Shown here: positions 1 to 13,792 of the stretch, piece by piece
Layout: every line of letters starts with the position of its first letter
Numbering within the stretch: position 1 is the first letter of the stretch
Assembly: GCA_002633005.1 (NCBI GenBank)
Contig: NMRA01000802.1
Coordinates: forward strand, 38,740 to 102,739
Reading direction: 5' to 3'
Source of the DNA: Phoronis australis
Lineage: Eukaryota; Animalia; Phoronida
Length of the DNA: 64,000 nucleotides
The notes under the pieces: generated by a model
Told to the model about the DNA's origin: nothing
What the model saw: the letters and a program-made list of their open reading frames with translations, nothing else
Databases searched by the model: none
Translations under genes and position numbers: made by a program

Positions 1-3000
1 TGTCTGTGAGTGGCCTGCATTTCGTCGGATCGGTTGTTGGTCAGTTTTTGATTATGGGGAATTGTAGTTGGCCATGAAAACATAAACAATTACAATGAAT
101 TCAAAGCGTGAGAACAAACATGTAACGTTTTATATAACCTGTTTAATGACTGTCTCGTTCGTGAGGCTTCTGTTTGGTCCTCTGGGTGTAGGATGTTTTC
201 GCCAGTTTTTTTCCGGCTCAGCCCTGAAAAAGTCGTAAGTAAACCCATTTTAGATGCGGTCTTAAATCAGGATTGTCCGTGAGACTCATTTGCGCTTCTC
301 CAAGAATTCGTTTCACCTGCGGAATTTCGTGGCAGCAAGCGCAAGCGTCAGTCGCTTCCATTACCGTGCGGTTAGCTCCTGGACAAGTCATTCAATCGGT
401 TTTTGGAACTATTCATATGTTTTGTTGTCTGTACTCGTTCACGGAGCCTCTCTATTATTTGATCATCAATGTATTCCTGCGAAACCTAACCTTCAGCCTG
501 TGAGGTCTTCGTCACGATTGCGAGTTGCCACGTTAACGTTTAAATTTTGCGTTCTGTTTCAAAAGGAACTATTCTCACCCTAACAAATGCTTATATTAAA
601 CTGAAACAAAGTCTGTCTCATTTGATAAAGTTTGTAATGCCTTGGAGTGTTCGAGAGTGAAAATGTTTTGAGAAGCCAGCAAGGAATAAATCAGTGCGTT
701 ACCGGCTTTAGATGTACACTAATTAACTAATTGACCGGGCACCGAGGCCGCTTGTGAGCGCATGCTCAATGTTTGTTGACAGATAGCTGTTGTGAAACAA
801 TAATTCGATTTTATATCCTATGGCCAGATGTTAAAGGAATCTTTATTTAGACATTCATATACATTATTCAAATCATTGTTACTGTAAAACTTTTGCCCTG
901 ATGGTTCTGTGAAAGGATAAGCTGACTTCGCGGCCCCGACGAGCTAGTAAGTAGATTTGCAGTTTCCCGGCTAATTCACCTAAATAATCAGCGTGCACAT
1001 TTTTTTTTCTTTGGTTCATTAGTATAGCCTTTTCGTGACTGGAAGTTTAGTTTCCAACTTTGACTGATTTATGTTCTTATGTTCCACAGTGATGTCTTGA
1101 ATCAGGCCGCGATGGGCCAGATTGTTCCGAGCCACTGGCCGGGATAGCAAGCGTTTTAAGTGTTTAGAACTGAAAAATCGCAAGTCTAAATTTACAACAC
1201 GCAGCAATGTTAGCCTGTCTGCATTTCAGCGAACAGACCCCAAACTCCCGCGACCGACCTTGGTAAATTGGCCAACTGAACATTGTAGGTTACGGTACGT
1301 TGAGATACCTAAAAGTCCGTAACAGCGAAATATAATAACACGTTTTTTCAATATTCCGATGTATTTGTAAGGGTTTTAAATCGAATTTTGATGATTTATT
1401 GGTGTAAAACGATGAATTCAAGCGATAGGCTGACACCAGTAAGGATGTTGTGAACTGCTTAACAGACTGCATTTGAACCTCTGACGTCATTGGTTAATTT
1501 CAACACCTACGTCTGCCGTCAGGTGTCAGGCAAAAGAGCTGTACTTGCTGTTATTGACTGGAACTACTCGATCTAAATTGATACTAAATAGGTTGTTTTT
1601 TGGGTGGCATTCTCCCTTAATGAACGTACCCTGTTCTGTTAACTAAAAGTTGGTGGAAACACGTAAATTTGACCAATAAGACGACTAAACCTCAAACTTT
1701 CCCATTTGTGTGTGTTACGCATCAAAGCGAACCACTGTTTTTAATCCTGGTACAAAGTAAACCCTTTAGCCGCGGGTGTTTGTGTTCTCAATCAATAGTC
1801 GCTTAAGTATTTAATCCCTGTCACCGAAGAAATCTCAAACAGTTGTCAAATGCAAATGGCCTCAGTTTGAACGCCGTCGCTGAGCGCGTGCGCACAGTGT
1901 TTTTTCACGTCATGCCTTTTGACGTCCCAAAAACAGCACGGCGGTGTTGGAAAATTTGTGTCATTAGGAAAAAGAGGGAGACGTCCTTTAGGACTGAGTC
2001 AGAAAGAGAACACGAACGAAAGAATTACGTGCAAACCAGAAGACGGGCCAGGCATACAATTAGATGCCCCGTCTCAGTGAGTCCGGCAGATATTGCAGAA
2101 TGAACTGGATGTTTTCCAACAACCATTGGGCTATCTTGACAAGGTTTTATAGCGGATCGGCTACCAATTAAGTTAATATTTACCCGCGGAACCAGATCAG
2201 TGTTCGATGTCAATAAGATTTCAGTTTCTGCCTGCTCTAGTTTGACGTTACTCCGTCACTTCCCGTTGCATATAGGTCAGGTAGTGCTCTTAATAATTAA
2301 TTCATGTAACCAGTCAACCGTTTGTCAACAAGGGTGCGGGACGCTCCCGAGAGCTAGGAGAGTTTAAGTAAGTACAAAACGGAATCTTAAAACCTGGCAA
2401 CGGATTTATCACTGTATTCAGTTAATGAGCAAACAACGTGATAAGTCATAAGTACGTTAACCACACAAAACAAAAAACCCGTTTGATATTGTAATCTTGC
2501 AATAGAAAGTTTAGCAGCGCTTGATGCTCATCATGTACATTGTAGTTATCTGTGCAATTAAAATATTTATTAATTTAACTGTAATCATTGGCAAGTACAG
2601 ACATACAATTAAACTTTAAAGTTAAACTACTAACAAATAAATTATTTAAGATGCAACAGAATATATATAATACAAATTCACGTTCATATACACCCACTTC
2701 GTAGAGTACACAACAAAATATGTGGCAAATCTAAAGATGGAAACAAAGACGCTTAAACCTAAGCTAACAGAAATTCTATTTCCAGCGTGAGTCTCGAGAA
2801 AATTGTATTTTCTGTAAAAATTGAAATATGGAATATATTGAGATCCACTGAGCTACAGCTTAAGAGGTACCTGCGTGATTTTCTGTATAAAAGCTGCAGT
2901 TTATAATTACAAGTACGATAATGAGTCTTCTTGATTCAGAGATCTATAACTATACACAGCTATTATACACAAAAATAATATGGAGTACAATCGAAAAAAT

Positions 3001-4347
3001 TGTAAGTTACCGCTCTGTTTCCATTCTAGTGTAAACGGTATTCACCAAAACTTTTGTACTAAAACTAAGAGATTCAGTTTAACACACACTATTAAATCAG
3101 GAAGTGATTATCGACATCTCTGCAATATTTGTTGTTGCTTGTTGATGTGGAAAACGTTGGCGAGGGAGCACCAATTAACACCCACGATGACGGAATCTGA
3201 CAACATCCGGCGGAGTATGGCATTATGGGTACCATGACTGAAACGGGAAATGCGTCAGTATATTACATGTATCTCTGCCGAGCGAAAAATTACAACAGTT
3301 TTATACAACAACCTTACATGAAGTCTCATCTTCAAGTTGTGTCATGAAATTAACATTTCATTTAAAGCGTTTCAGTTATAAAACATTGCAAAACTTTATA
3401 ATACTCTATGAATTATTTATTTATTTTAATGTATCTTGTGGACAATTAAACACTGGTTGTCTAATTAAGGATATTTAAGTGACCATTCGACCCAGCGTTT
3501 ACACTTGATAATGAAATATTTTAAAACTTTGCTATATAATTGTTAAAATCTGTTGCACTTTTCAATCAAGCCTCCGGAGTCCAAGTTTAAATAGATTCAA
3601 GTGAATCACTAGCTTTAATTAACTACGACAGGTAGTTAAATCAATAACAGCCTACAAGCACTGACAATGTCTCAAACTGTTGCTCTGTTAACACCAGAAA
3701 ATAGTAATTCGATTTTCGACATTCACTGGCGCGTCTGCTTTTCCCAGTGAATGTTTCATCTTTGACGAAATAGCTTTACTGTAATAACAGGAATGATAGG
3801 CATAGAAATGTCAGTATTATAAAAGGCTGGAAGAATTACCGATCCCGCACCAGTTACCCACATACAGTGTGTGTACATGTATATTCCACCATTACGATTA
3901 CCGCCAAGTGGTGTGCTTGTACTCCTGCGTGGCAGTTTCTTTTCGAGATCTTAACGAGGACTCAATTTTTCTGTATTTTCTTAACGAGAACCACTTAAAA
4001 TTATTCACTAGAGACAAAGTGGGGTTAGCGGAAAACTTACATGTAATTGTTGCCATCTAAATTAACATTTGCTGTCTCGCATGATACTGCGTTCTATCAT
4101 GGGTTCTATCGTGACTTACACATGACCGTTGCCTCACGGTGGTATTGCGTACAAAGATTACCAGCATTTTGAACATATAAACATGTAATAAATTGTATGT
4201 TTACCCACGTGGTCCTAGTTCTTGCATGTATCAGTGGCACAATTTCGCAGCATCGTTAGAAAGGTTTGAAAATGAGGTGTGTGATAAATATCTGCTACAG
4301 CTACGTATTTTGCACGCCATGAAGCGATGTGATCAGCACGAGACCAA

Positions 4348-4940
4348 TGGCCTGTTGCATAAAACGGTCCCAAATAGTGACACAACTAAGTTATCTAAAT
4401 CTACTGCGTATTTGTGGACTTGTGAAAACACTGATTGTCCTTTCTTGTGCTGTTTTAGTTTCATTACTAAGTAAATGTTTGGCTTTGGTACAAATGGAGA
4501 GTGAACTAGACGCTAAATTCTCAATGCTATAGAAAATGTATAGGATATTTTCATGGCGCAACGCTCTTAAATTAAGGACTAAGTCCCTGTTTATTTTCAC
4601 CGAATTCAGGGCTCACGTTTTAGTTATAATGTTAGAAAATGCCTTTAGTCAAAAAGGAGATCATAATAAATATGAAATGATAGAAAAATATTACATCTGT
4701 GAGTAAACAAAGACACAAATAGGCAAAAGATTTAGGAAATTTAGTTGAGTTCTTATTTGGGACTGTTCCATGCAACCCGGCATAGGAGCCTTTTTCTCGG
4801 AAGAATCTTGGCAAAACGGTGTTTGTATCTTTTGACTTTGGCTTTTAGTCTGCTACAAATTTTTATATTGTGGCTTCGAGTTAGTTGTAGACAGATTTTC
4901 AGACTTTAATTAAGCCTTAGCCTCATTTTGTGAAACAGGC
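4348..4940. mobile_element. Degenerate inverted-repeat (MITE-like) relic
   Basis: 4348-4470 (ggcctgttgcataaaacggtcccaaatag...) is a diverged inverted copy of ~4660-4782 (reverse complement ...gttgcatggaacagtcccaaataag...). A similar end, ttttgtgaaacaggc, is at ~4926-4940. Confidence 0.4.
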
Positions 4941-6860
4941 TAAGCCATCCGTAAACTGATTTTAGCCAATACATGTAAATAATGAATCCTTCGAGAACCA
5001 GTCCCTTGGTACGATACACATAATAGCTCTGACTAATAAACACGCTTTGGTAGTTTTCTTTTCGTATATCATTTGTATACTCAAAAAAATAACTAAGCAA
5101 AGGTTTACGACACTATTTGACTCTGGTACGAATTCAAGGTACGAGGTAACCGGTGATGGGAATCCTACCGAAAAGAAGTAACCGCTGACTACGACGAAAT
5201 ATAATTCAGAAACAAAAACAAGACACCGAGACACGTCTACTACGGTTATATAGACTCTAATGCCTGGTGAATACTGTAGGTGGAGCTAGTTTTCCAAATG
5301 CGTTGGGACAAATGTGACCTTTACCCAATATTGCTATGAAGAGTGCGAAAATGTACTTGTATAGTGCTTATGGAGATTTCCTGGTAAGTTTTATTACCTA
5401 CTTCAGTTTATAGAAATGATATAAACTCACTAGTCATTCTAATATAAAGAATTTCGTGAAAAACACACTCAAATTTTAAATTTCAAATCTTAGAAGTATT
5501 TAAGCTCACTGTTTTTTCAGAAAGATTCGAACGCACAGTCAAAAAATTTTGGAAGATGATTGATTCGTTATAATTTAATACAACTTCTCTCCATAGCCTC
5601 GAGGCCAATAATTTGGTCAAGTTGCAAAAATAACTAGAAAAATTCCCAAAACGACTTCAAAATGACCGGCGTCAAATTTGTTTGCTATCGCTCTCCGATG
5701 ATGAACGCCAGTTGACCGTCAGTTGGATTGACGTGACTCATTTTATTGATAACTTGGCTTAAGTTAATTACATAAAATAACAAGATTATTCATAGCAGGG
5801 ATCTGCAACATTATAGCCCGTGAAGCACATAATCATTTACCTTCAGGAAAGGAGTTTCCATATTTGATTTTATCGTTTTGCCGCAATTCTTCAAACTTAT
5901 GTAGAATCTGTGGATTTATCATCTTAAAGGTACTGCTCTGAAATTCCCTGGCAGTGATACCCGGACAAAGCTTGATTATACTAGAAAATGCATGTTTTTT
6001 CGCAGTCTCGGTTCTTTTTTAATAGATAATAATCGGAAATGTCATAATGGCGTCTTGTATCTGGCTCACTTCCGAAAAGTCTTGTCCGTTCATGCGTCAT
6101 GGCTTAGAAAGTAATCGCTTAAAGTAATTCAAGTCCGAGAAACAGTACTAAAACTAATATTAGTTAACCCCATCTGTCATTTAGATAAATAATACCCACA
6201 TAAGTTTTCGGTGTCTCCTAATCAATTAACCACCTTCGTTGAATATTCTTTTAATAGTTTCCATTGGCTACGTGGTAATGTGGATGACAAATCCATATAG
6301 GCAATCGTTGTGCAATAAATGTGAGATAACTCGGCTGTAATGTATACACGTTATACAGGCAATATTAATCTTGATAAATTACGTTAACCTTCAAACTCTG
6401 AGAGCAGCTACTTATGGCCAGATGGTCACGGTCTGCATACGATGCATTAAGGGTAATTGTACCACCATGAATTTTTATGGGTTACTTTTTAAAATCAAAA
6501 TGGTGGGGAATAAGGACTTTTACAAATCAATAAATACGTTCACACATTAATATACGGCCTTGTAGGTATAGTGTACATGTATAGACAAGTACTGCGTTAT
6601 CATACTGAAATATTTTGCCCACATGTATTTTAAGAACGTGTCCGATTTACAGAAAAGCCGTGTTTTTAGACATTCATGCAATATTATATCTCGATGAAAA
6701 ACGCCTGTGATTACAGCAACATTTTTTCATAAATAGAAGATTTTTAAAATAATTATTTGTGCCACTTTGTGTATGTACAGTACGCCTGACTCAATATTTA
6801 CTTGTTTCGCTGTGATTCCACTACAGGTGAGATAATTGATATTTACATATATATAAATAC

Positions 6861-7214
6861 CTCATTACTTCTTTCTTTAATGCAAATCGCGTTCCCTTCC
6901 AAGAACGCCAGCATTTCGTTGTCCTCTGCCGTTGGTAGAGGCGCGCACTGCAGACCGGTAGCACAGTATGGTTCGTACACCCCACATCTCTCTCCTGTTT
7001 TTCGTGCGCAGACGGGACAGCAAGGGCACGCGCCAGGGCCTTGGATTATTTCGCAGTCGTCCAGTTTTGGACATTTCTTCAGGTCACATTTGGGACAACC
7101 CTTGAAATATTTGTTGTAAAAGTCTTCATCAGCTCCATCGATAGCACGTCCTAGAACTTTACACGACAAAGCGACGGTCAACACCACTGCCAGCAATACC
7201 CATGTGTACGTCAT
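6861..7214 (-). CDS. First coding exon of a secreted IGF-binding-protein-like protein (signal peptide + IGFBP N-terminal/IB domain)
   Basis: ORF starts MTYTWVLLAVVLTVALSC (signal-peptide-like). It then has 12 Cys in IB-domain spacing: CPKC..C..C..GACPCCPVC..GERCGVYEPYCATGLQC..EMLAFLEGNAIC. GT donor follows 6861 (GAG|GTATTT); an alternative phase-1 donor follows 6869 (GAA|GTAATG). Downstream exons were not securely found. Confidence 0.85.
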
Positions 7215-7601
7215 GACGCGAGAAGAAATAGAAATTGGTTATATGCAATATCTAATATTGATATGTGCTCACGGATACCAATACTGCGACAGTCTGATCG
7301 CTGCAGTCTATTATAAGCGGCAAAGATCTCGTAAGCGGAAACTATTACAAGTGCTCAGAAAGCTGTTAACATAAGCAGCGTCAGTACCTCGGTGACGAAA
7401 CGCGCTTCTTTCCGGTGCAGAATATACTATGGTGAAATTGTCTAAACACCAGTACTTAAATGAATCACAAAGAAGTTTTACGCCAAAACCAGTCGCACCT
7501 AGTACACACTACTTTTGACACATAAGTTTTGAATTCGCTCCCGATACCGACACTTCACGAGCTCTGGCTTTGACTTAGTCAGATTTCCTCCAATGTCGAG
7601 C

Positions 7602-7609
7602 CTTTTATA
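7602..7609 (-). promoter_or_regulatory. Candidate TATA box of the IGFBP-like gene
   Basis: TATAAAAG on the minus strand ~390 nt upstream of the ATG at 7214. A CRE-like TGACGTCA lies at 7850-7857. Motif match only. Confidence 0.35.
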
Positions 7610-9577
7610 CTTTTATATTCGTCATTTGAATTTGATCAATCAAACTGTATTCTATAAATGCGCAAAATGGCTGCGGCCACGTCAGTTCTCGATTCCGTGT
7701 TACATTAGTTAGTCAATTCTTATCTATTCTTCGCAACTATTTTAGGATTTCCATATCTCTGAAATTTATCCGTTATACGGTCGTTAGTGGCTTTAAAAGA
7801 CAATGAAATATTTTAGTTACCAGGAAGGTGATCGGAAACCTAACTCCAGTGACGTCATTGTCAGATGTCGGCAAACTGCAAATTTGCGTCTTACGTTCAT
7901 ATTTAATCATAAATGTTGTTTTAACGCCTTATGACGGAGAAAAAAGTAATTCCATTGGCGTAGGTTTGTACTATTTAAGAAACGATGTATTCAAAATCGC
8001 GTTCATCATGATGATATTGTATGGAAACTAGATTAAAGGAGTTTTGAGCGCCGAATTCTTTTGTGGTGCATCATAAAAATGCCATCTTGTAATGAGTATT
8101 CAAAATGAATGTTTCGTACTCATAGATGATATCGTAAACAATTAGCGCCAGTTACAATACTTTTGGGAAATTCGTATCGCAATGTATACTTAAAGTAGCA
8201 CAAAGGGACACGTAGTTTTAGATAATGACTCTGTTCAAACTTCGACTGTCTCAAGACGTTTAAAAATATTTTGTTTGAGCAAACTTTGCTCGCATTACCG
8301 GGAAATAGGTTATTACTTTAGAAAAAGTAGAAAGAGTGGTGTCATTCTTTTTTATATGTCTCTTTTTCTATGGCCGTTTTTTTGTCTTCTATTGCGTCGG
8401 TTGCATGAGGTTGAATTGAATAGCATTGAACTGCATTGCAATACAAACATCCTTTATGCTTCACATGTTCTGCAATAAAAAAATAAGTTGGTATAGGTTA
8501 AACTGACTACTGCATATGTTGAGCAGGAGAGGGCGCTGTAAACAGCTGGATTAACCAAGCACAAGTTGAGAAATCCGTTTCTGGTACCCGCGGTAGATGC
8601 AGCTTGTACATCTGCCGAAGATACCAAGGAACGAAATAGGCCATTAAAACGGTTTACCCAAGTTGCACAAGTTGTCCATGTGAATCTGGTTACGAAAAGA
8701 CAGACAATGAAATTTATTTTGTTTGTTTATACGCATAACACGCGTCATGGTATTTTCCGCAGTGTTCCCAGGGGTCTGGAAAAATAATCAAATTGTCGAG
8801 GATTTAACCAGTTACGTGTAGCCTGGAAATTGAAAAATGTTCATATTATGTGGCGCGGAGACCAGACTTAAGTACTTTTCAACCACATTTCAAAGTGGTA
8901 TATTAAATCTGGTCAACTGACCAGAGACGAATAATTTAGGGGTACGATTTAAAACTGCATTAATATCAGAGTTGTTTGATCAACATTCAGCCTTTGTCTC
9001 TTGCATGTATATCTCAGTGAAAATGTAAGTAACACAAGTGTGTACTTCAGCCTCTGTATTTAAGAACGGTTGTTATAGTTCATTGTGAATGACCTTTTAC
9101 GTCAATAGATAAGTGCCATAGGCCAGGGGAGGAAATTGGTGGCGGACGAGTGGACCAGAGTTTGACGCATTTGATTTTGTGTTGAGCTGGCACTTTTCTA
9201 TGGCCTTGTGATGCGTCCTGATTGGGATACGAGGTCAGTAGCTTTTGTAAACGTGGACGAATGTAAAGCAGAATCGAGGTCTCCCTTTGTGATACCTTTC
9301 TTACTGTTATTATGAATACATAAAACGGTATACCAGTGGCGGATCTAGGATATTACAAGGGGGGCCCAACATTTTGTCCGGCTGTAAGCATTTGCGCAAA
9401 CCACGATTGTATAGCACCGAATGGAGGGAGTTCGGGAGGGGGGTTTGCCCCCCCTCCTGCCCAGGAAATTTTTCTGTTTTTTCCTCTAAAAATCGAACAT
9501 TTTCCTTGATTTCTGATGTATTATCCAAGAAAAAAAAATAAAAAGAAACACGAGAACGTGTCACTCAGGAAAAATTG

Positions 9578-9655
9578 CGAGTTTCAGACTCGAACTCACG
9601 ACCTGGCTGATAGTACGCGAGTACATGTACTTTACCACTACACCAATACACCACC
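9578..9655 (-). repeat. tRNA-derived (SINE-head-like) sequence
   Basis: Minus strand reads TGGTGTAGTGG (A box) ... GAGTTCGAGTC (B box) with tRNA-like spacing but no clean cloverleaf. It lies downstream of a CAGTGGCGGATCTAG transposon-like end at ~9334. Confidence 0.4.
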
Positions 9656-11704
9656 ACGACTTCACTATTATAACTAAGAGACCTACTTGTTTATGGTCCA
9701 CAACGTTTGCGCGCGAAACCTACTTCTTTTTGTAATGCTTATTACACGTTTTTTATTTTGTGCAATCGGTTCTTACCAAATTTGTTGTATTTAAAATAGC
9801 CTTCAAATGCCCAAAAGACCAAATCCGTTTTTCGTGTTGGCAATAATGATGGGATTGCTTTGGAAATCGTCTTAAGTTAAGGTTTGACAAAGAGAGAATT
9901 AATGAGTGATTCACTAAGGCTTCGATTAAAATTCACGTCTTACCAGCAGCTTCTGTTTTTTCATCGTCACTCAGGTTCTATTTTCTTTAAAAAATGAAGT
10001 AAATTTTCTCCATTGCACTGTGGAGCAGACGACGGAAACGGAGTCGTAGTGCGCAGCGCCACTGCCGGTCGCATGGGATAACGCGGGAGAGCTTATACTT
10101 AGCCATAGTTCCGTTACGAATGCGCCGTGTTCCGAATTTGACACTTGAAATTGGATCTGAGCCCCCCCCCCCTCTCCCCCCAAACACTAAAACTGCACAC
10201 ATTTCAATCTTTTTTCATCCGTATAATTTTGATTACCGGGGCAAATTAATAAACTCAACATTTCCCTACGCTCTTGCTGTTTTATTTTTTTGCGCCAGCC
10301 AAAAAAAAAAATCCGCCTATGTATACATGGCGCTGGGATTTAAAAAATCCGCTGTTATGATCTTTTGCGCGTTTTATTTGTTTAAATGTCAACAACATCG
10401 TTCAAATGGGTTTGTTAAAATGACTCAGACAATATTTTTTATCAAGATCCATTTGTACCCAAATTCAAAATTTCATCTTTTTGTCATGAGTTTTCACCAA
10501 GTCAAATTGCAAACTACAGGAAAACGTGCAACTTTAAAAGCGGAAACTTTTTGGTTTTGAAAAGTGCACTGACGAATAAGTTAGACAATGTTATAATAAA
10601 TTTGAGACATGAAAGTGCTCGTGGAACTTGTTGAAGCTCCTACAGTTCAGGGCCCACTGACCAAAAAGGCCACCACGTTTGAAGACCTTCCAGCTGATGT
10701 GTGCCTATCGAATAAACGATAACTGAGTTCAGAGCAGCTTAGGACAAGGCAAGAGCAACTGAGTGAACTAACGAATCGTCTGCAGTGCCTCCTTATCGAA
10801 CACATCAGGTTTGCACCAAAATGAAACATGAGGAGTTTGATACTAGTTTCTGTCTTGCCTGTTGCAAACGAATGAACGAGTTGTACCGGTTGTGATTTGT
10901 CGCCTTATTTCGGTCCACCAATACCCGACTCCTGCCTCCGTGCTGGCTGCGGTCGGACCTTAAACTATTTGCGTGGCATCTACATATCACGCCTTACTGT
11001 AAAGCACTGACGTACAGCTGTATATGTGAATATCATGTATTCCCACAAAATCTTGAACAATAGACTGATGGAAACTTACTGTATTCAACGTCAGTCATAA
11101 AACCATGTTCCCGATTAAAGGTGCAACACAATACACTTGTCTCCATCAAATACACTTACTTGGAGAAACCTTCATCAAATCTCCCGTCTCTGCGACGGAT
11201 CGAAGCACGATGCATGTACTTCAAACTGGGCTGAGCGCAGCGTGGGCTCTGAACAGGCTCCACCGTGCAATGTGCGCGTGTCCCGGCGAAGTACGGACCT
11301 GTGCTATTTCTGGACGATCTTGAGAGTCCTTTGGAAACGCAAAAGCTGAAATATTGTCCGTCCGATTGCTTTTACTGCATCCCCATGAGTACATGCAACT
11401 ATTCGTAATACTCAATCGAACTTGGTTTTCGAGACCGTAACTACGGACTCGCGGCTGGTGTAGAAAAACAAAATGGCGGAAACCGGATTCATTAATGAAG
11501 TCACGCAAAAACTTTATTATTTTACTTTTTGGGTTTATTTCTTGATTCAAAGTACACAAATTCAATGAGAAATGTTTGAAATATCATACTGAAAGTGTTC
11601 GTAGCCGGATTCAAGCAGTTATGACCATGTTGTGAAGGGCTTAAATGTCAATAGAACCCGCCATCTTACGGTGGTACAGAAAACAAATACTCGGACGATC
11701 AACC

Positions 11705-12050
<346 letters not shown>

Positions 12051-12478
12051 CATACAGTAAATCTGTATTAATATTCTCTCCCCCGAAAGAAAAGAACGAA
12101 CTGGCTAAACAGCTGTGAAAATAGTGCAATATGTACTGTATTAAACGCATTAAACTAATCACAAGAATTAAAATCGAACTGGAAGACACTTAATGATCAG
12201 CAGTTTGTAAATGTGGAACGATTTGCATGCAGTTCTCTAGCAGAAGTCTTGAGAGCACAGCTGCAAACTGTACTGTTACAGCTCCACGGTGACGCGACAT
12301 ATATAGTCCATTTCTTACAAAGAGCTGTTTTTTGCTAGATCAACACCAAGTCTCCAACATCCAGGTTTGTCTTCTGTACAGGCGACGTTTGGTGGACCTG
12401 CAACGTCACAAGATATTCATGTAATTATTCAAGGTATTGGACACGCAGATTTATGTATACATCATAATCTTCAATATA

Positions 12479-13792
12479 CGAGGGTTGTTCGATAAGTTCT
12501 CGGCCTCACCAAGAAAACAGGGACGCTGGTTAAATTTTTTTCACACCATTGTAAAATCTCATCTTGTATAACAGTACTGCATTCATGCTGCATTAGCACG
12601 GTCAACTACCGCTAGGTGGCGCCGCTTCATAAAAAGCGGACGACAACACATTTAGCAGCATGGAGATAACGGAGATGAGAGCCGTCATAACGTATTTGGG
12701 TAAAAGGGGAACGAAACCAAAATATATTCATGAATAAATGCAAAAAGCACTCGGAACAGACTCCCGAGCTACTCGATCACAGTAAAAAGTGGTTACCTTA
12801 TTTTAAGAGGGGTAGAGAAAGCGTTGAAGATGACCGATCGTCTAGGACGTCCCAAATCGTCGACCTCCAGTGAAAATGTGCAGAAAATTCATGCAACGGT
12901 TAAGAAAGACATGCGAATGACTGTTTAGCATTTGGCAAACACTGTTTGCATCAGCAATGGGTCCGTCTCTAAAATGTTGAGTGAATATTTGGGCATGAGT
13001 TAGTAAGCTGAGTGCACGATGAGTGCCAAGAATGTTAACTCAGGATCAGAAAATGACCAGAATGCCAATTTCAAAAGGAACTTCTAGGAAGATTCCAAGC
13101 AGAATCAGACAAATTTTTCAGACGATTTGTAACCCAGGATGAGACATTGGTCCACCACTTTGACCCAGAATCAAAACAGTAAAGTAAACAATGGAAGCCC
13201 CGGGTGAGTACGTGGGTTCCCCAATCCCAAGAAAGTTCAAGTTGGGTGCCTCTATGAGCAAAGTTATGGCCTCTGTGTTCTGGGACAGCGAAGATATTCT
13301 GATGATCGACTACTTGCATCGAGGACCCACTGATACTGGGAATCATTATGCATCACTTTGGGAAAAACTCAAAAAAGCAATCAAGGAAGAGACGCGGGAA
13401 GTTTCTGGATGGAGTGCTGTTGCTTCCAGACAACGCACCTGCCCATACTTCCCAAGTTGCGGTGGCTAAAGCAACTACATGTGGCTTTGAAATCATTCCG
13501 CACCCCGCTTATTCTCTAGACCTGGCCCTGTCTGTTTTTTTTTTGTTTCCACTTTTGAAGGCCTACCTGCGTGGACGCCAGTATGTGAGTGGCGATGACG
13601 TCATGAGTGCCGTTGGGGGAGTAGTTTGAGGGGCTCGACAAAAGCTTCCTTTATGAAGGCATTGCAAAACTGGAGCACAGATGGAAGACATGCATTGATG
13701 TAACGGGAGATTATATTGAAAAATTAAAGTCAAAATTACTTGCTATTGCGTTGTTTTCTGGGATAGGCTTAGAACTTATTGAACGACCCTCG
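12479..13792 (+). mobile_element. Full-length decayed mariner (Tc1/mariner) element, 1314 bp, irritans-like termini
   Basis: 28-bp TIRs cgagggttgttcgataagttctcggcct / aggcttagaacttattgaacgaccctcg (4 mismatches). TA duplication at 12477-78 and 13793-94. Internal transposase remnants. Confidence 0.93.
12660..13728 (+). pseudogene. Mariner transposase pseudogene (stops and frameshifts)
   Basis: ATG at 12660 (MEITEMRAVI). Motif remnants RVPRML (cf. WVPHxL), VTQDETLVHHFDPES (cf. TGDETW), KVMASVFWD, PDNAPAH and HPAYSLDLALSVF (cf. YSPDLAPSD, third Asp lost), ending GDYIEK. Confidence 0.9.

Noticed and set aside
139-223. Possible IGFBP-like exon 2 on the minus strand (ttttcag...ag|gttata)
   Set aside because: It has no diagnostic motif and hits a stop if joined in phase 0. 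It is only viable with the alternative donor, so it is not listed as a feature.
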